Shown piece by piece: positions 21,793 to 34,160 of a stretch of DNA of 64,000 nucleotides. Origin of the DNA: Diadema antillarum. Taxonomy: Eukaryota. Within the stretch, counting starts at the first letter, position 1; the number at the start of each line of letters is the position of its first letter. The DNA is taken from assembly GCF_040938485.1 (NCBI RefSeq), contig NW_027272710.1, positions 1 through 64,000 on the forward strand, read 5' to 3'. A program made the position numbers and the translations under genes. The notes below the pieces were generated by a model, which worked only from the letters and a program-made list of their open reading frames with translations, ran no database searches and was not told the DNA's origin.

Positions 21793-24426
21793 GGTTTATT
21801 GCCACTTGGTCTATTCCCACTTGGTCTAATCACCAGTTGGGCTAACACCATTCGGGCTAAGCCCATTTGGTCCACTTCTCACTTGGTCTGCTTGCCACAT
21901 GGTCTAATAACCAGTTGGTCCACTGACCACCAGGGCTAATTGTCACTTTGTCTAATTCCCATTTCGTCTAATTGCCACTTGGTTTAATGTATTTTTTTGC
22001 CACTAGGTCCAATTGCACTTGGTCTAATATCAGTTCGTCTAATGTTCAGTTGGTCTAACACCATTTGGTCTCTTGCCAGTTGGTAATTTCCCAGTTGGTC
22101 TAATAACCAGTTGGTCTAATATCCACTTGGGCTAATTCTCACTTGGTTTATTTTACACTTAGTCTATTTTCATTTAGTCTAATAGCCACTTGGTCTAATT
22201 GCCAGTTCGTCTAATCATCATTTGGTCTAATTCCCACTTTGGCTAATGACCAGTTGGTCTAATGACCAGTTGGGCTACCACAGACTCTAGGCTACTGAGT
22301 CTAGGTGTCGATTAATATGGTAATTAAGTTGGCTCAAACACAGATTTAAATTTTAAGGGCAATATTGCGTAAGAAGGTGGAATGGTTAATCATCTTTTTT
22401 CGTGAAAGGGTCCGGGTGAAAGCCCACAATTTAAATGCGTGTATTAATTGGCCTTGAATTACTTACTTTTATTCATTCATTTTTTTTTTTTAATGTTTAG
22501 TAGTAGCCCTGCAGCAAATCTTTACTGAGGAGTGAGGGGAGGGGGATGATCAGCGATAGTCACCATCACCACAATAACAAGCGCATAACTGAACCGGCGG
22601 AGCCTTGGGGGGGGGGGGGGGGGGAGAAAAACTTGGTGCCGCCCGCCCCCCCCCCCCCCCACACACACACTCACACTTTACAGGGATCGAATGTCCCACT
22701 CTTTTGCATGAAATGTAAAGTGGGAGGAAAGTGGCAGCAAAAATATGAAATATGAAATATGTTTTGTTTTGTTTTTTTTTTTTTTTTTGCTTGTCAGATG
22801 ACTTTCGGTGGAAAATCAGACCTTAAAAGTATGAAGACCTTTTTTTGTTTTTGAAATGTCTGTGCGAGGGAGCGGAGCAACCGAGCGGGGGTAGATTTTG
22901 GGAGAGGGGTATCCCCCCACACGAGGAAGATTTTGCATTTCCAGACCTGAAATTCAGCGATCTGGTGCACACTATTGGTGAAATTTTGGATTTTTTTCCT
23001 GAAAAAAAATAAGTAAGAAAATGAAATATTAATATATCATTGAATGACTTAATTTATCATTGAATGACTAAATCGTGGTATTTCAGCTCTTGCTCCGCCT
23101 GTGTGACATTACTGTGAAGGCCTACTAATCAGTGGGGCCTATCACCGGCGTAGCAAGGATTTGATCTTAGGGGGAGCGGTTATATGCGAGGGAGCGAAGC
23201 AAGCGATGGGGGGGGGGGAGGTGTGGGAGGGGGATTCCCCCTCCCAAGGTGAGAACTTTTTGCATTTTGATGTTGTAAATGGTGCAATTTGATGTATTTT
23301 TTGCGTGTTTTATCGACTTCAAACAATCCCCCATGTTTAAGGTAGCAGCACATTTTGATGTAGGTTATTAGCGAACATTTTGCCTATAAAATTGTGTCAT
23401 CTGAATAAATGTTTTGTATTAATTATGTTACACTGAACATCATAAACGCGACCGAGCCCGAGCGAGCGGAGGGAGCGAGAGGTGGGGGTTGGAGGGAGAT
23501 GTCCCCCCTCCCACGGTGAGAATTTTTTGCATTTTGATGATGAACATGGTGCAATTTGATGCATGTTTTTGCGCGTATTGTCGACTTGAAACGGTCCCAC
23601 TTGTTTGAGGTAGCAATATAACTGACAATTCCGGTTTCCTTTTTATTGGGACGCACTGTATATTTACGCCTGTGGTTCCGTCGAAAACAATTTATAAAGC
23701 GCAATTATTTGGATGCTCTGAAATACAAGTTTTATAGACAGATTTTTTTTTAAAATCCCTGGTGTGGGAGGGCTCCCGCACCCTCCCCCCGCTCAAGTCT
23801 GCAATGATCAGTCTTGTATTAGGTTTCTGTATCACAAGATGGCTGTATTAAAGATAAAAACACACGCATGTGTGTATATCATAGAGTTGTATGATATATA
23901 ACGGTTGTTAACACTTCCTTTTTTAAATCCATGGTTCATGTTTCTTATTTTAGACCAAGTGGCATTAGACTAAGTGAGAATTAGACGAAATGGAAATTAG
24001 ACCAAGTGAAGATTTGCCCAAGTGTTAATTAGACTAAGTGGTAATTAGACCAAATGACAATTAGACGAAATGGAAATTGGACTAAGTGATATGTAGACCA
24101 AGTGGTAATAGCCGAAATGGGTGTAGCCCAAATGAATATTAGACTAAATGGCATGTAGACGAAGTGAATATTACACCATGTGGAAATTAGACGAAGTGGA
24201 AATTAGACGTAGTGGCAATTAGCCGGAGTGGAAATTAGACCAAGTGGTGTTAGACTAACTGAGAATTAGACTAAGTGGTATTAGCCGAACTGGATATTAG
24301 ACCAAGTGGAAATTAGACGAAATGGTAAATAGACGAAGTGGTTGTAGCCGAATAGGGTTTATCCCGAATGGTGTTAGCCCACCTGGTTATGAGACCAAGT
24401 GGTAATAGCCCAAATGATAATTTACC
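21793..24426. mobile_element. Foldback/MULE-like element with inverted minisatellite arms, copy 1
   Basis: Left arm (~21793-22280) is made of ~17-bp CCACTTGGTCTAA units and the right arm (~23950-24426) of the reverse-complement units. GG...CC termini, TSD tatctaaac / aatctaaac (8 of 9 match). Empty sites near 10235 and 37540. Confidence 0.8.
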
Positions 24427-24519
24427 AATCTAAACACCCTTTACAGTCATTATATAGGTTAATTTTTTTTTCCACGGTTTCATATTCCAGAAGTTTACAT
24501 CTGACTTAAAATGTGACAC

Positions 24520-24558
<39 letters not shown>

Positions 24559-25097
24559 TACTTTTTCGAAACTCCATCTACTTTTTGAGTCATTACAATA
24601 TACAAAACAGTAAAATACATAATATTACAGTCAGTTTATTGTACAGAGGCTAATACATACATTAACACATAAATAGGTGGGTTATGATACGTATAAATAA
24701 ATATATGAATATATATAACTGCACACTTTAATAGGAATACAGCTTTTCTTCCAGAAGGTAACAACATTATGCCACATAGTGGATACATGTAATGCATGAC
24801 GTCACACTTGACTTGTTTTCCCGTACTCAAACATTGAGTAATAGAGCCTACATTTCTGTTACAGGCTTCGCAAATTACAATATACAGAGAACTCAAAAAG
24901 TAACAAACACACACAGAGATCACGTCCTAATGACACATACAAATGCAGGTTGGAAACTGTCAAAAACTAGAATGATGATTAGATTGAAATTTGAACATTA
25001 TGTGTTTAAAGAGAAAGAGAACTGATTGATCCATTATGCTAACACAGTAGTAGAAGTGGGTCTTAAGCGTCTAACAGTATCCTCCTAACAAGTTGAA

Positions 25098-25659
25098 AGG
25101 ACAAGATCACTTTCCTAGACATGTGGATAAAGTGAATGCAGCAATATTAGAACACATCAGCGAGAGGTTGAGGACAATTTGGACAACCCGTTCAAAAGTT
25201 TTGAATTTTTGAAGTTTTTGCTAAGTCACTGCTTGATAAGATTACTGCTTGTGATGTCACATGTATAATTATAACGATGTAAATAAAATATAAAGACAAT
25301 TCAACATATTTTCACTTTCTCGAATGATATAAGAACGCTTGACTTGCCTCTGTCAAAAGGCAGGGGGAATAATATTACCCTTAACATACATCAGTGACAG
25401 ATTGAGGAAATGTGCACTTTATTCAAAAAAACTCAAAGTTTTTGTGAAATTCCATTTACATCTTCCTTATATCGATGTATGCTTGTGACATCATACACAG
25501 TAGTAGACTTCTTTCTTATCCGGCAGTGACTGCACAGATGATTTAAAAATGCATAACTTTTGAACGGATCGTACGATTTTCCCCAAACTTTCACTAATGT
25601 GTTCTAATGATATTGCTGCATTTACTTAATCCACATGTATATAAAGGTGAACTTGTTGT
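25098..25659. mobile_element. Kolobok-like TTAA MITE, copy 2
   Basis: Paralog of 10866-11407. Confidence 0.75.
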
Positions 25660-26252
25660 TTAAGAAAAAAATACTATAACACAAGAGATACATTGCAATT
25701 TTACATAACAAATCATCTTGAAAAAACAACAACAATCTACAATATAATTTCTACCTCTCGTTTTAATGAAAAAGACAATTAATCATGAACTTCGAATCAT
25801 CTATCTAACTACCGCTGCAGCTGTAATTGTTTTTAAGTCAAATTAAATTCTACCTTTTCCTTTTCGAATGTAATCGTCGCTAATTTCAGATTTTCTGAAT
25901 TTCCACTTTCCGTTATAACGTATAAATCAAAAATATTCATCGATTTGCTATGTAATCATCGTCAAAAATGAACGGAGAAAGTCGATCAGCGTCATTTATA
26001 CAAACAAACTTCTTGCTCATTTACATAAAAGCCTAATTACATAAGTTAATAATAAATAATTTTTAGAAAGAAATATCTTAACAACAATTCAGTTTTAGTT
26101 AGAGCTAGATGGCTCTTGTAGAGCACAAGGTGTAAGGCAAGACTGGAGTTTAGCACATCTTACAAGAATACAGTAAAAATATTTGAACAGTCAATACTGA
26201 ATACATTGGAGCAAGAACTCAAGACATGGATATTTCACCAACAGCTGGCCTC

Positions 26253-27317
26253 TTATGCTCGCCTCATGCGCATACAGGCACATGACACAGGGACTTGAAG
26301 GGTCCTCTGCTCGTACCGGAAGTGGCCATCCACACACTGGGTCTTCTGAAGGACTTTCATGTTGTACATCACAGGTTGACATCGAAGGTTTGGATCCACT
26401 TGGTGTGTGTAAGGATCCAGACATGCAGAACACTGGCACTGAGCCATAGTGATCACCATCGGGATACGGTCGGCATCGAAGCATTCCACGTAGGTCCATG
26501 GACACGAGCCGTCCTGGTTCACGATCTCCGGACTTCCAGCGTTTGGTTTCGCTCCTACGGGGCAGTTCTGCGGGCTGGAGACGCCATCAAATGGACAGCT
26601 CGACGTGTGGGCCAAGCCCATATCACTGGTCGACAGGTTGAAACTTTGTACGGCGAATGCTGCCGCTTTGGGATAGAAAAGATTAGAGTTCAGTTCTCGT
26701 CGATGGGAATCAGCTGCGTCTATTGGCAGACATGCCTGAGAGGTGCTTGGGACTGGTGACGATGTGACGGTCTGGATGATAGCTGCTGCTGCTGCCATCG
26801 ACGTAAAAAGAAGTAGGGTCTGATGAGGCAAAATGATAAGAAATAGGTAAATGCTACGTCCATACGGCCATATGGATAAAATTTTGTCAAAATAATTGCT
26901 AATTTCAATGCAGAAAACATGATAAGTGGAAAACAGCTTCAATACTATTCGCATTTCAACTAGTAACGGAGTTTCAATGCAAATAGGTAATCATTTAAAT
27001 GGAATACTTAATTACGATAAATCTTGTCCTTTTGTTTCTTGATATAGACAAATTACACACGACTTTTGCAGAAATACATTAACCTGCATTAGTTGACAAA
27101 TGCAAAATAAATTGAATCTAGTACATAGGGTACACCGCGACAAAATTTTCGAGTGTTTGCTAGATGAAAGACGAGCGCAGGCAGTCAACTGAAATACCAT
27201 GCGGAATTGTAATTGCAACGATACCAACTGTCAATGTCAGGTGTGATGGTAAGATAGTCATAATGGCACGACTCTTCTTGAATGTCAAACTAAAGTGGTG
27301 GTAGGACTCACATTCAT
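26253..27317 (-). CDS. IL17: Interleukin-17 family cytokine, copy 2 (type B): join(27317..27312,26819..26253), 190 aa
   Basis: Same cystine-knot pattern and splice sites as copy 1, with a five-Ala run in the signal peptide. Confidence 0.9.
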
Positions 27318-27682
27318 TCTGAGCGTGGTGTTGAAGTCCTCTTGTTTCTTGCAGTGTAACGTGCTTTTCCAATTGAGCCGTTTTACACGAGTCCTCTCCA
27401 CGCAGCAAGTTGACGTTGAGGTATCTTCCAGGCAAGAAATGCTCGGTGATGTTCACTGGATGCTCTAGCATACAGGATTAAGATGATGGAGAAAACACCA
27501 CACTGACCAGTTTTATACCATCAGCTTACCGGATAGAGATTGTGTCACCTTTATGAACACGGAAGGTATCTTTACAGTACTTCCCACTTTTTTCCTGCTA
27601 TCTTAGACAATCATTTGTGCTGTTTAAACAAAGGCCTATCGTCTGTACAACCTGTTCAAATATGAGACCTCTCCATGGACAA

Positions 27683-27692
27683 GGGAATTCCC
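27683..27692. promoter_or_regulatory. NF-kB site GGGAATTCCC, copy 2
   Basis: Perfect palindrome retained although nearby promoter sequence has diverged. Confidence 0.75.
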
Positions 27693-29194
27693 TGGAGATG
27701 GCGCTATAATTACATTTTGTACATGAAATTATAGAGCCAGAAATAGCCTTCTTAAATACACTTACTGTTCCACTTAAAAAAAAATAACAAATTGGATATT
27801 TTTCTAATGATCTACTCCTTGCCTTGGAACTGACCAAAGTACTATCAAACAAAAATATTCATTGCAAGAATGCTGAATACAAATTCTGAAGTCATTATTT
27901 GATGACGCAGATCTCTGGTGAAATTTTTTAGATAGAGAGAATCCCTGACATAATTTAAACAGTTTGTAACTCTAAATGACCTGTCACTCGACAGGGTTAT
28001 GTTTCTGAAACAACATTTATGAGAGAAACCCAAACTCACGGTTAAAGATACTGATGCAAAAGGGAAATTAAGAGTCCAGGAAAATTTATCAGCGGGAATA
28101 TTTTCTGTTTTGCAGTAGGAAAACCAAAGCCGTACAAACGGAAGCAAGGCCAATTTGGTTTATACAAAGACGGATATCTTATTGATAACTTATTAATATA
28201 TCAAGAAAACAAGGAAATATGAGAATCTGACTTTTTGTGGAGAAAAGCATAGTGAATGATGAATAGCAACTAAGATGTGAAGAAGTCGACATAGCCCTCT
28301 CCCCCTAGAAAAGGACATGTAAGGTAGAGTCTGGCCCTCCCCCTCTTTCCGGTTTCGCCACCCTTTTTGAGAATTGCTACGCTTGACACACATATTTGAC
28401 ACCTGAAAGGTGTTCGCACTGATAAATTCAAGCATATCAACAGTTTGAACACATTGTGAATCATCAATTCATAGGTGCGAATCATTAATTGACGGTGTGG
28501 AACAAAACATTAATAGTGAGTACCCTTTGAAAAACCACACCACAGTGTGAAATAATCTCCAGACTGTTACATTAAAATAGACTTTGTGGACAGTGTGAAC
28601 GCACTGTGGGACACTACGTTCTTTTCAGTAGGGAAGGACAACGTGTTATCTGCCATCTTTAACCAAGACATCGAAAGGATAATATCGAGTCATATTCAAT
28701 AGCGACATATCTACTTCACTCTGTTTCTATTCTCTACCGAGAACATGCATATAAACCTTAACATCAAATGAGGTAAATACATCGGCATATCTTCCTTCAA
28801 TTTCTGACACAAGTTTTCTGATACTATGATCAAGGGAAAGTCGCTGCGATAGAACAATTACTTCTGTAATGTAAAGCCATTACGTGCAAGTCATTTTCCA
28901 ATGTAAAGAAAAAGGAGAAAAAGCCTCCTTCATTGATCTTAACCTTTTCCACTTTTCAAAAAGAAATAATATTTTGTTTAATATCTTCTTAAAGAAAATA
29001 ATCTATTGATATGCTTCAGTATAACGTCACTGCAAAAGTGTATAATTGTGCAAATATCTTTTATCTCTATTGCTTGAAATCTTCGGCATTTTGAATTATA
29101 ACAAAGTTGTTTATTTTGGTATACATCTCACGCCAATATTATTCTGTATTTAGGTGAAAAAGAATGAACATTAACAATTCCGTTGTCTCGTTTA

Positions 29195-29570
29195 TGAGAT
29201 TGGCCATTTCTAATCATAAAAATTGTTCTTCATTATATCAATATAATGATAATAACAATTTCAAACCAAAACACAAACACGAACAAAATCATATCAATCA
29301 TTATACTTTATTTTCACGAAATATATTGAGTTGAAATATATTTCTTTAAAGTAGCTTTAAAAGAAAACAGAGATGTTCGTGACTTTAGGGAGTCGGGTAA
29401 AGCATTCCATGTATCAGGTCCGTGACGCCTCACTGACCTGTGAGCTATAAGAGATTTTGGATTATGTAGACGAAAATCTGTTGAGCGTCTTGTATTGTAC
29501 GAATGAATGTAAGCATTGTAATAAAAAAAAAGTTTTGAAAGGACTGTAGTGACAAATTGTGCGTCTACTT
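29195..29570 (-). pseudogene. 3' fragment of a CR1/L2-group LINE
   Basis: 29505-29301 translates HSYNTRRSTDFRLHNPKS..SVRRHGPDTWNALPDSLKSRTSLFSFKATLKK, matching the H.YNTR...G...WN.LP...FK..LK ORF2 tail. Unique to this unit. Confidence 0.75.
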
Positions 29571-31624
29571 AAACATAAATACAGAAGTTTGAAAGTTATG
29601 TGTAACATCAATTTAATGGTATTCACTTCCTCTTAAACAAAACCTGATTCAAAACTGTTTGATACAATGAAACAACACTTGCAATAGACGTAAAGCTTTA
29701 CCAACGAAAATGGCATTTCTTTTAATAACATTAGTATTTCTTCTCTCTACCCCTGTCACTTTCGCGCTTGATATTTTACCAGTTATTTTTTTACCTGACA
29801 CCAAGTTGGATTGCATGAATACGTGTGCGTTGATGACCTGTACTTTCACATGCATTCCGCACTATTATAAATTACGGATGTTGTGGTAGATTTCCTCTTC
29901 GTTTGTTGTATTGTTAAGTATTCTTTGAGTAGACGGAAATGGAACTTCCCTTCTGCGAAATCAAAATTCTGCGGGATTCTCCGAAGTGTCTGATGTCATT
30001 GTTACACTGCTGACGTATATTATAGTTGTCCGAAGTCTGAAGTTGTAAGTATATCCATTTCTATTTTGTTAGTAACCCATGTGCTTGCCCTCTGTTTTTT
30101 TTTTTTTTTTTGATGCAGTTACTACTCCGTATCTGTTTAAAATTTATCGGTAACGTAGTCTAGAAGGCATACAAAGCCGTATGAAAGTCACTCCGTCATT
30201 TGAATTCGTTGGCGTTTTTTTCACCATTCACTTAGCTTTAATTTATTCGATGAGACGATATTAGATCATAACGATGAGCAGGTTTCCCAATTTTTGCGGT
30301 GCTGTATTTGGGGCTTCCCTTGTATTCACATCTTTAAAAGTTATATCACTATCACAACACAACAGCATGTAGACTCTGTTTAGATGATTAATGGCCAGGA
30401 TCACTGCTGATCAGCAAAGCGAATTGACCTGACTGAAGTGAAGAGTCGAAGTTTTTTACAAATATTATATTCGACAGGTGGATGATCACGACGGGGAAAT
30501 AGTTGTTTGTAAAGAAGGATATCACTTCTGAACATAGATGGGACAATAGCTCATTTGGATCATTAACTCCAAAAATAACTATTGATTACATTTTTGGATC
30601 AGTTTACAATATTTTGATCTTGCCACAGGAGGAGAAAATGACAGTCCAGTGAACTTGGCGGAAATACGAAAATCCGGCGGACCTTGTTCTATCGCACCTC
30701 CGTGTGAATGATGGCATTCTGCAATACCAGGGCGAGGGAAGGTTCAGATTCGAGATCTCTCTCGCCTATGCATTTTGTACACCGTTTGCAACAAAATGTC
30801 AAGGTCTCACACCCAGAAGACATCTAGATTGTAAATGTACAATGCACTATACATAAAATTTATTAATCAAACAATACACATACAGCGTCTCCGTTCAACC
30901 TCAGCAATTCAGGTGTTGTCATTCTCCAATGATTCATCCAACATATCGCTTTTCCTTAAGTCACTCCTTATGAAGCTTTTCATGTGAAAAATCGTATTCA
31001 AAACCTTTTGTCAGCTGTTTGCTGTCTAATCATCCATACTGTATCTATCTCTTTTGGAATAGTCATAGCGTTGCAACATATTAAACACACATTGTGATTC
31101 ACAGTGTGAAACACAGTGTTTTATCTCACACTATGGTTTCCTGTGAAATGGGGCGTAGGGTAATACTGTGTTATTGTCACACTGTGGAAAATCACAGGGT
31201 GAATACTGTGGTAGGTAACACAGTATGTCAAAGTGAGGCATCCCATACGGTGTTATCTTCCACAGTCTCTCATACTGTGGTATCTACCACAGTCTTTCAC
31301 TCGGTGTTATCGAACATAGTCGGGAAAAAAATCTGGGACAATCAATAGCCATAATGAAATGTATCATAATTTACCTAATAGGCGAGTATGAATTTCGGTA
31401 CAAACATTTCCCTACCTTTATAATCTGTCCTTCTCCTAATGTATAACATCAAACAACTCATACGGCCTTCTACCATTGTAGTCCTAAATAGATCTAGAAT
31501 AGTCTTCCTATTCTTAGTCATCGGGAGTATCAGTATATGTGATAAAAAAACCTAAAATGGCAATAGATCTAAAAACGCTTTCTCCTGGCGAGGAAAGCGC
31601 ATGATTTAGAAACAAGACACCAAA

Positions 31625-31756
31625 CAGGTTAGTAATCACATTCTTCATCAGCGACCAGGATTCGATGTGATGTAAGATTAAAATCCGTTTCTGAAGCAGA
31701 CATACACACAAGGATATATGTCTGCTCCTGGTCGGACGGATTTCAAAACTAACCTG
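31625..31756 (-). ncRNA. Hammerhead-ribozyme-like motif with atypical arrangement
   Basis: GUC is directly followed by CGACCAGGA, whose complement UCCUGGUCG is directly followed by CUGAUGA. Two candidate GAAA strands exist (31744-31741 and 31691-31688), with a flanking 9-bp helix CAGGUUAGU/ACUAACCUG. Confidence 0.5.
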
Positions 31757-31790
31757 CCGGTGATGGAATGCGTCTAGTCTGGTAGTTGCC

Positions 31791-33637
31791 GTCCTCAGAG
31801 GGCTAAACTTCCCAGAGCTGCTAATGCATCCTCACAAGACGCCACAAGTTTCACAAGGCCATTCACAATGAGTGAACTGGAATCTGCAATGAAGTCTATG
31901 AAAAACAACAAGGCTGCAGGTCTTGATGATGTCCTAGTGGAACAGATCAAACACTTCGGGCCAGGTGCACGCAGATGGCTTCTTGATATGGTCAACGAAT
32001 GTGTTAAGTCCAACAAGATCCCAAAGATGTGGAGGAAAGCAAAAGTCATTGCTCTACTGAAACCTGGTAAAGACCCTGCCATCCCTAAGAGCTATAGGCC
32101 GATATCCCTACTCTGCCACATGTACAAGCTGTTTGAACGCCTCCATTAACTCCTGAACCGCATAGCATTGTTCGTTGATGATCACCTTATTCCGGAGCAG
32201 GCGGGTTTCAGACCGGGAAAATCATGTACAGGACAACTACTGAACCTCACGCAGTACATCGAGGATGGTTTTGAGAACAGAAAAATCACTGGTGCTGCCT
32301 TTGTCGATCTTTCTGCAGCATACGACACAGTCAATCACCGTATCCTTGCCAAGAAACTGTATGAGATGACCTCAGATGTTAGACTCACAAAGTTGATCTG
32401 CAACATGCTATCAAACCGCAGATTCTTCGTAGACCTCGGTGGTAGAAAGAGTAGATGGAGGACACAGAAGAACGGACTTCCTTAAGGGAGTGTGCTTGCC
32501 CCTTTGTTGTTTAACATCTACACAAACGATCAACCTACTCAACCAGACACTAGACGCTTCCTCTATGCTGATGACCTTTGCATTGCATCTCAAAAGGACA
32601 CCTTCGAAGAAGTAGAGGACTCCCTCTCCAGTGCACTGGACTTACTCATTCCCTACTATGCCAACAACCATCTAAGAGCTAACCCAGACAAAACACAAAT
32701 CAGTGTGTTTCATCTTAAGAATAGGGAAGCCAGCCGTCAACTACGGATTAGTTGGTATGGGAAACGCCTGCAACATGTATCCAAGCCAGTCTACCTGGGG
32801 GTGACACTTGACAGGTCCCTCACTTTCAAGGATCACATCATTAAGAACAAGGCAAAGGTGGCATCAAGGAAAAGTATCCTCCGAAAGCTCACTTATACGA
32901 AGTGGGGTGCTGATGCGAAGACGGTACGTACAACAGCACTGGCTTTATGCTACCCTACAGCTGAGTATGCGTCACCTGTCTGGAGTAGATCAGCTCATGC
33001 CACTAAGATTGACACTGTTCTAAACTCTTCATGTCGTGCTATTACTGGTTGCCTAAAGCCCACAAAGGTTGAAGACCTCTACCTACTGAGTGGGATTGCT
33101 CCTCCAAGCATCCGTAGGACCGTTGCATCCCAGAAGGAAAAGCTGAAGCAAGAAAATGACCCTCGCCACCCTCTCTTCAATCATGATCATTCAAGAAAGA
33201 GGCTAAAATCCAGGCGCAGCTTCATGCATTCTGTAAAGGCCCTGAACAAAAGCCCTGACAAGCAGCGTGTATCCATGTGGATTGAACGTCTTACCCATAC
33301 ACCGCATACAGTGTCTACTACCGGCCCTAAGGAAACTACACCATCAGGTGCCAGTGAGGCATGGCCTTTCTGGTCCTGCTGCAATCGCCTAAGAAGTGCT
33401 GTCGGCCGCTGCAAATCTAACCTAGCAAAGTGGGGGTATAGTGAGAATGATGACACCACCTGCCTGTGTGGAGAGGAGCAGACTATGCAACATCTCCTGG
33501 TCTGTCCACTTCTACCAGAGCCTTGCACACAGGAGGATCTGGCAGCTCTAACGCCCTGTGCCAGGCAGTGCATCCAACATTGGACTGGACGAATCTAACG
33601 TTCCTTTCTGCGTAGTGACTCGAGAAGAAGAAGAAGA
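31791..33637 (+). mobile_element. 5'-truncated non-LTR retrotransposon (RT plus C-terminal CxC..H..C motif; Ingi/Vingi-like is tentative)
   Basis: ORFs 31868-32149, 32168-32485 and 32492-33598 share one frame broken by two TAA stops. Motifs QAGFRPG, FVDLSAAYDTV, GLP*GSVLAPLLFNIY, YADD, YLGVTLD. Ends in a (GAA)n tail with possible TSD ggtagttgcc / ggttggtgcc. Confidence 0.92.
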
Positions 33638-33962
33638 GGTTGGTGCCACAGTGCATGGTAACCGCGCAGTGTGTCTGTGCGCGTTAGGCGTAGCAACGAC
33701 GCATCCATGGACTGGTTCCCTCCATGAAGAGCCAAAGATGAAAGGATGAATTCAGTGTTAAAAAAAAAAACATGACAAAATGAATCCCTGATAGCTTTTC
33801 AATGGACTTACATTGCCAATGTCATTGCTCCGATTTACTATCACGAAGATAAACGGTTCAGAGACCCACCTCATCTCGTCTTTCACTGACGCAACCTCAC
33901 ACCTCCGGCCCCAAAGAGACATCCCAGCCAGTAGTTGTGCCTTGTCAGTGATGGAATACTGT

Positions 33963-34067
33963 ATCAGACTTTCCTGATAGTCAACGGTCTTTCCCGTAGT
34001 CAATCAGACTTTTCCTGATAGTCAATCAGACTTTACCTGATAGTCAACCAGCCTTTCCTGGTAGTCA
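33963..34067. repeat. Five ~21-bp tandem units (ATCAGACTTTCCTGATAGTCA)
   Basis: Direct reading. Confidence 0.85.
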
Positions 34068-34160
34068 CTGATCAAAAACGAACAGAAGTGAATGTGATAA
34101 AAAACCTAAAATGGCAATAGATCTAAAAACGCTTTATCCTGGCGAGGAAAGCGCATGATT

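Larger units (their letters stand above)
31537..34160 (-). mobile_element. Non-coding direct-repeat unit (~0.7 kb once the nested LINE is removed) carrying a hammerhead-like motif
   Basis: 31537-31606 is repeated at 34092-34160 up to the gap. It is absent from paralogous sites (~18570, ~46170). Confidence 0.55.

Noticed and set aside
21793-22280. Repeat-spacer-like look of the minisatellite arms, suggesting CRISPR
   Set aside because: The context is eukaryotic, the ~17-bp units are degenerate and contiguous, there are no unique 30-40 bp spacers, and no cas genes are present.
22606-22662. Long G run followed by a C run (G-quadruplex or hairpin) and the overlapping 69-83 aa ORFs
   Set aside because: These are homopolymer tracts of variable length between the two copies, typical of repeat interiors, with no sign of function.
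26820-26954. N-terminally extended 233-aa and 211-aa IL17 ORFs in copies 2 and 4
   Set aside because: The extension is intron sequence. It is not consistently open across copies and lies upstream of a conserved splice acceptor.
31652-31744. Plus-strand pseudoknot read as an HDV-like ribozyme
   Set aside because: The internal hairpin is 9 bp rather than the 3-bp P3, and P1.1, P4 and the catalytic J4/2 are missing. The hammerhead core words lie on the minus strand.
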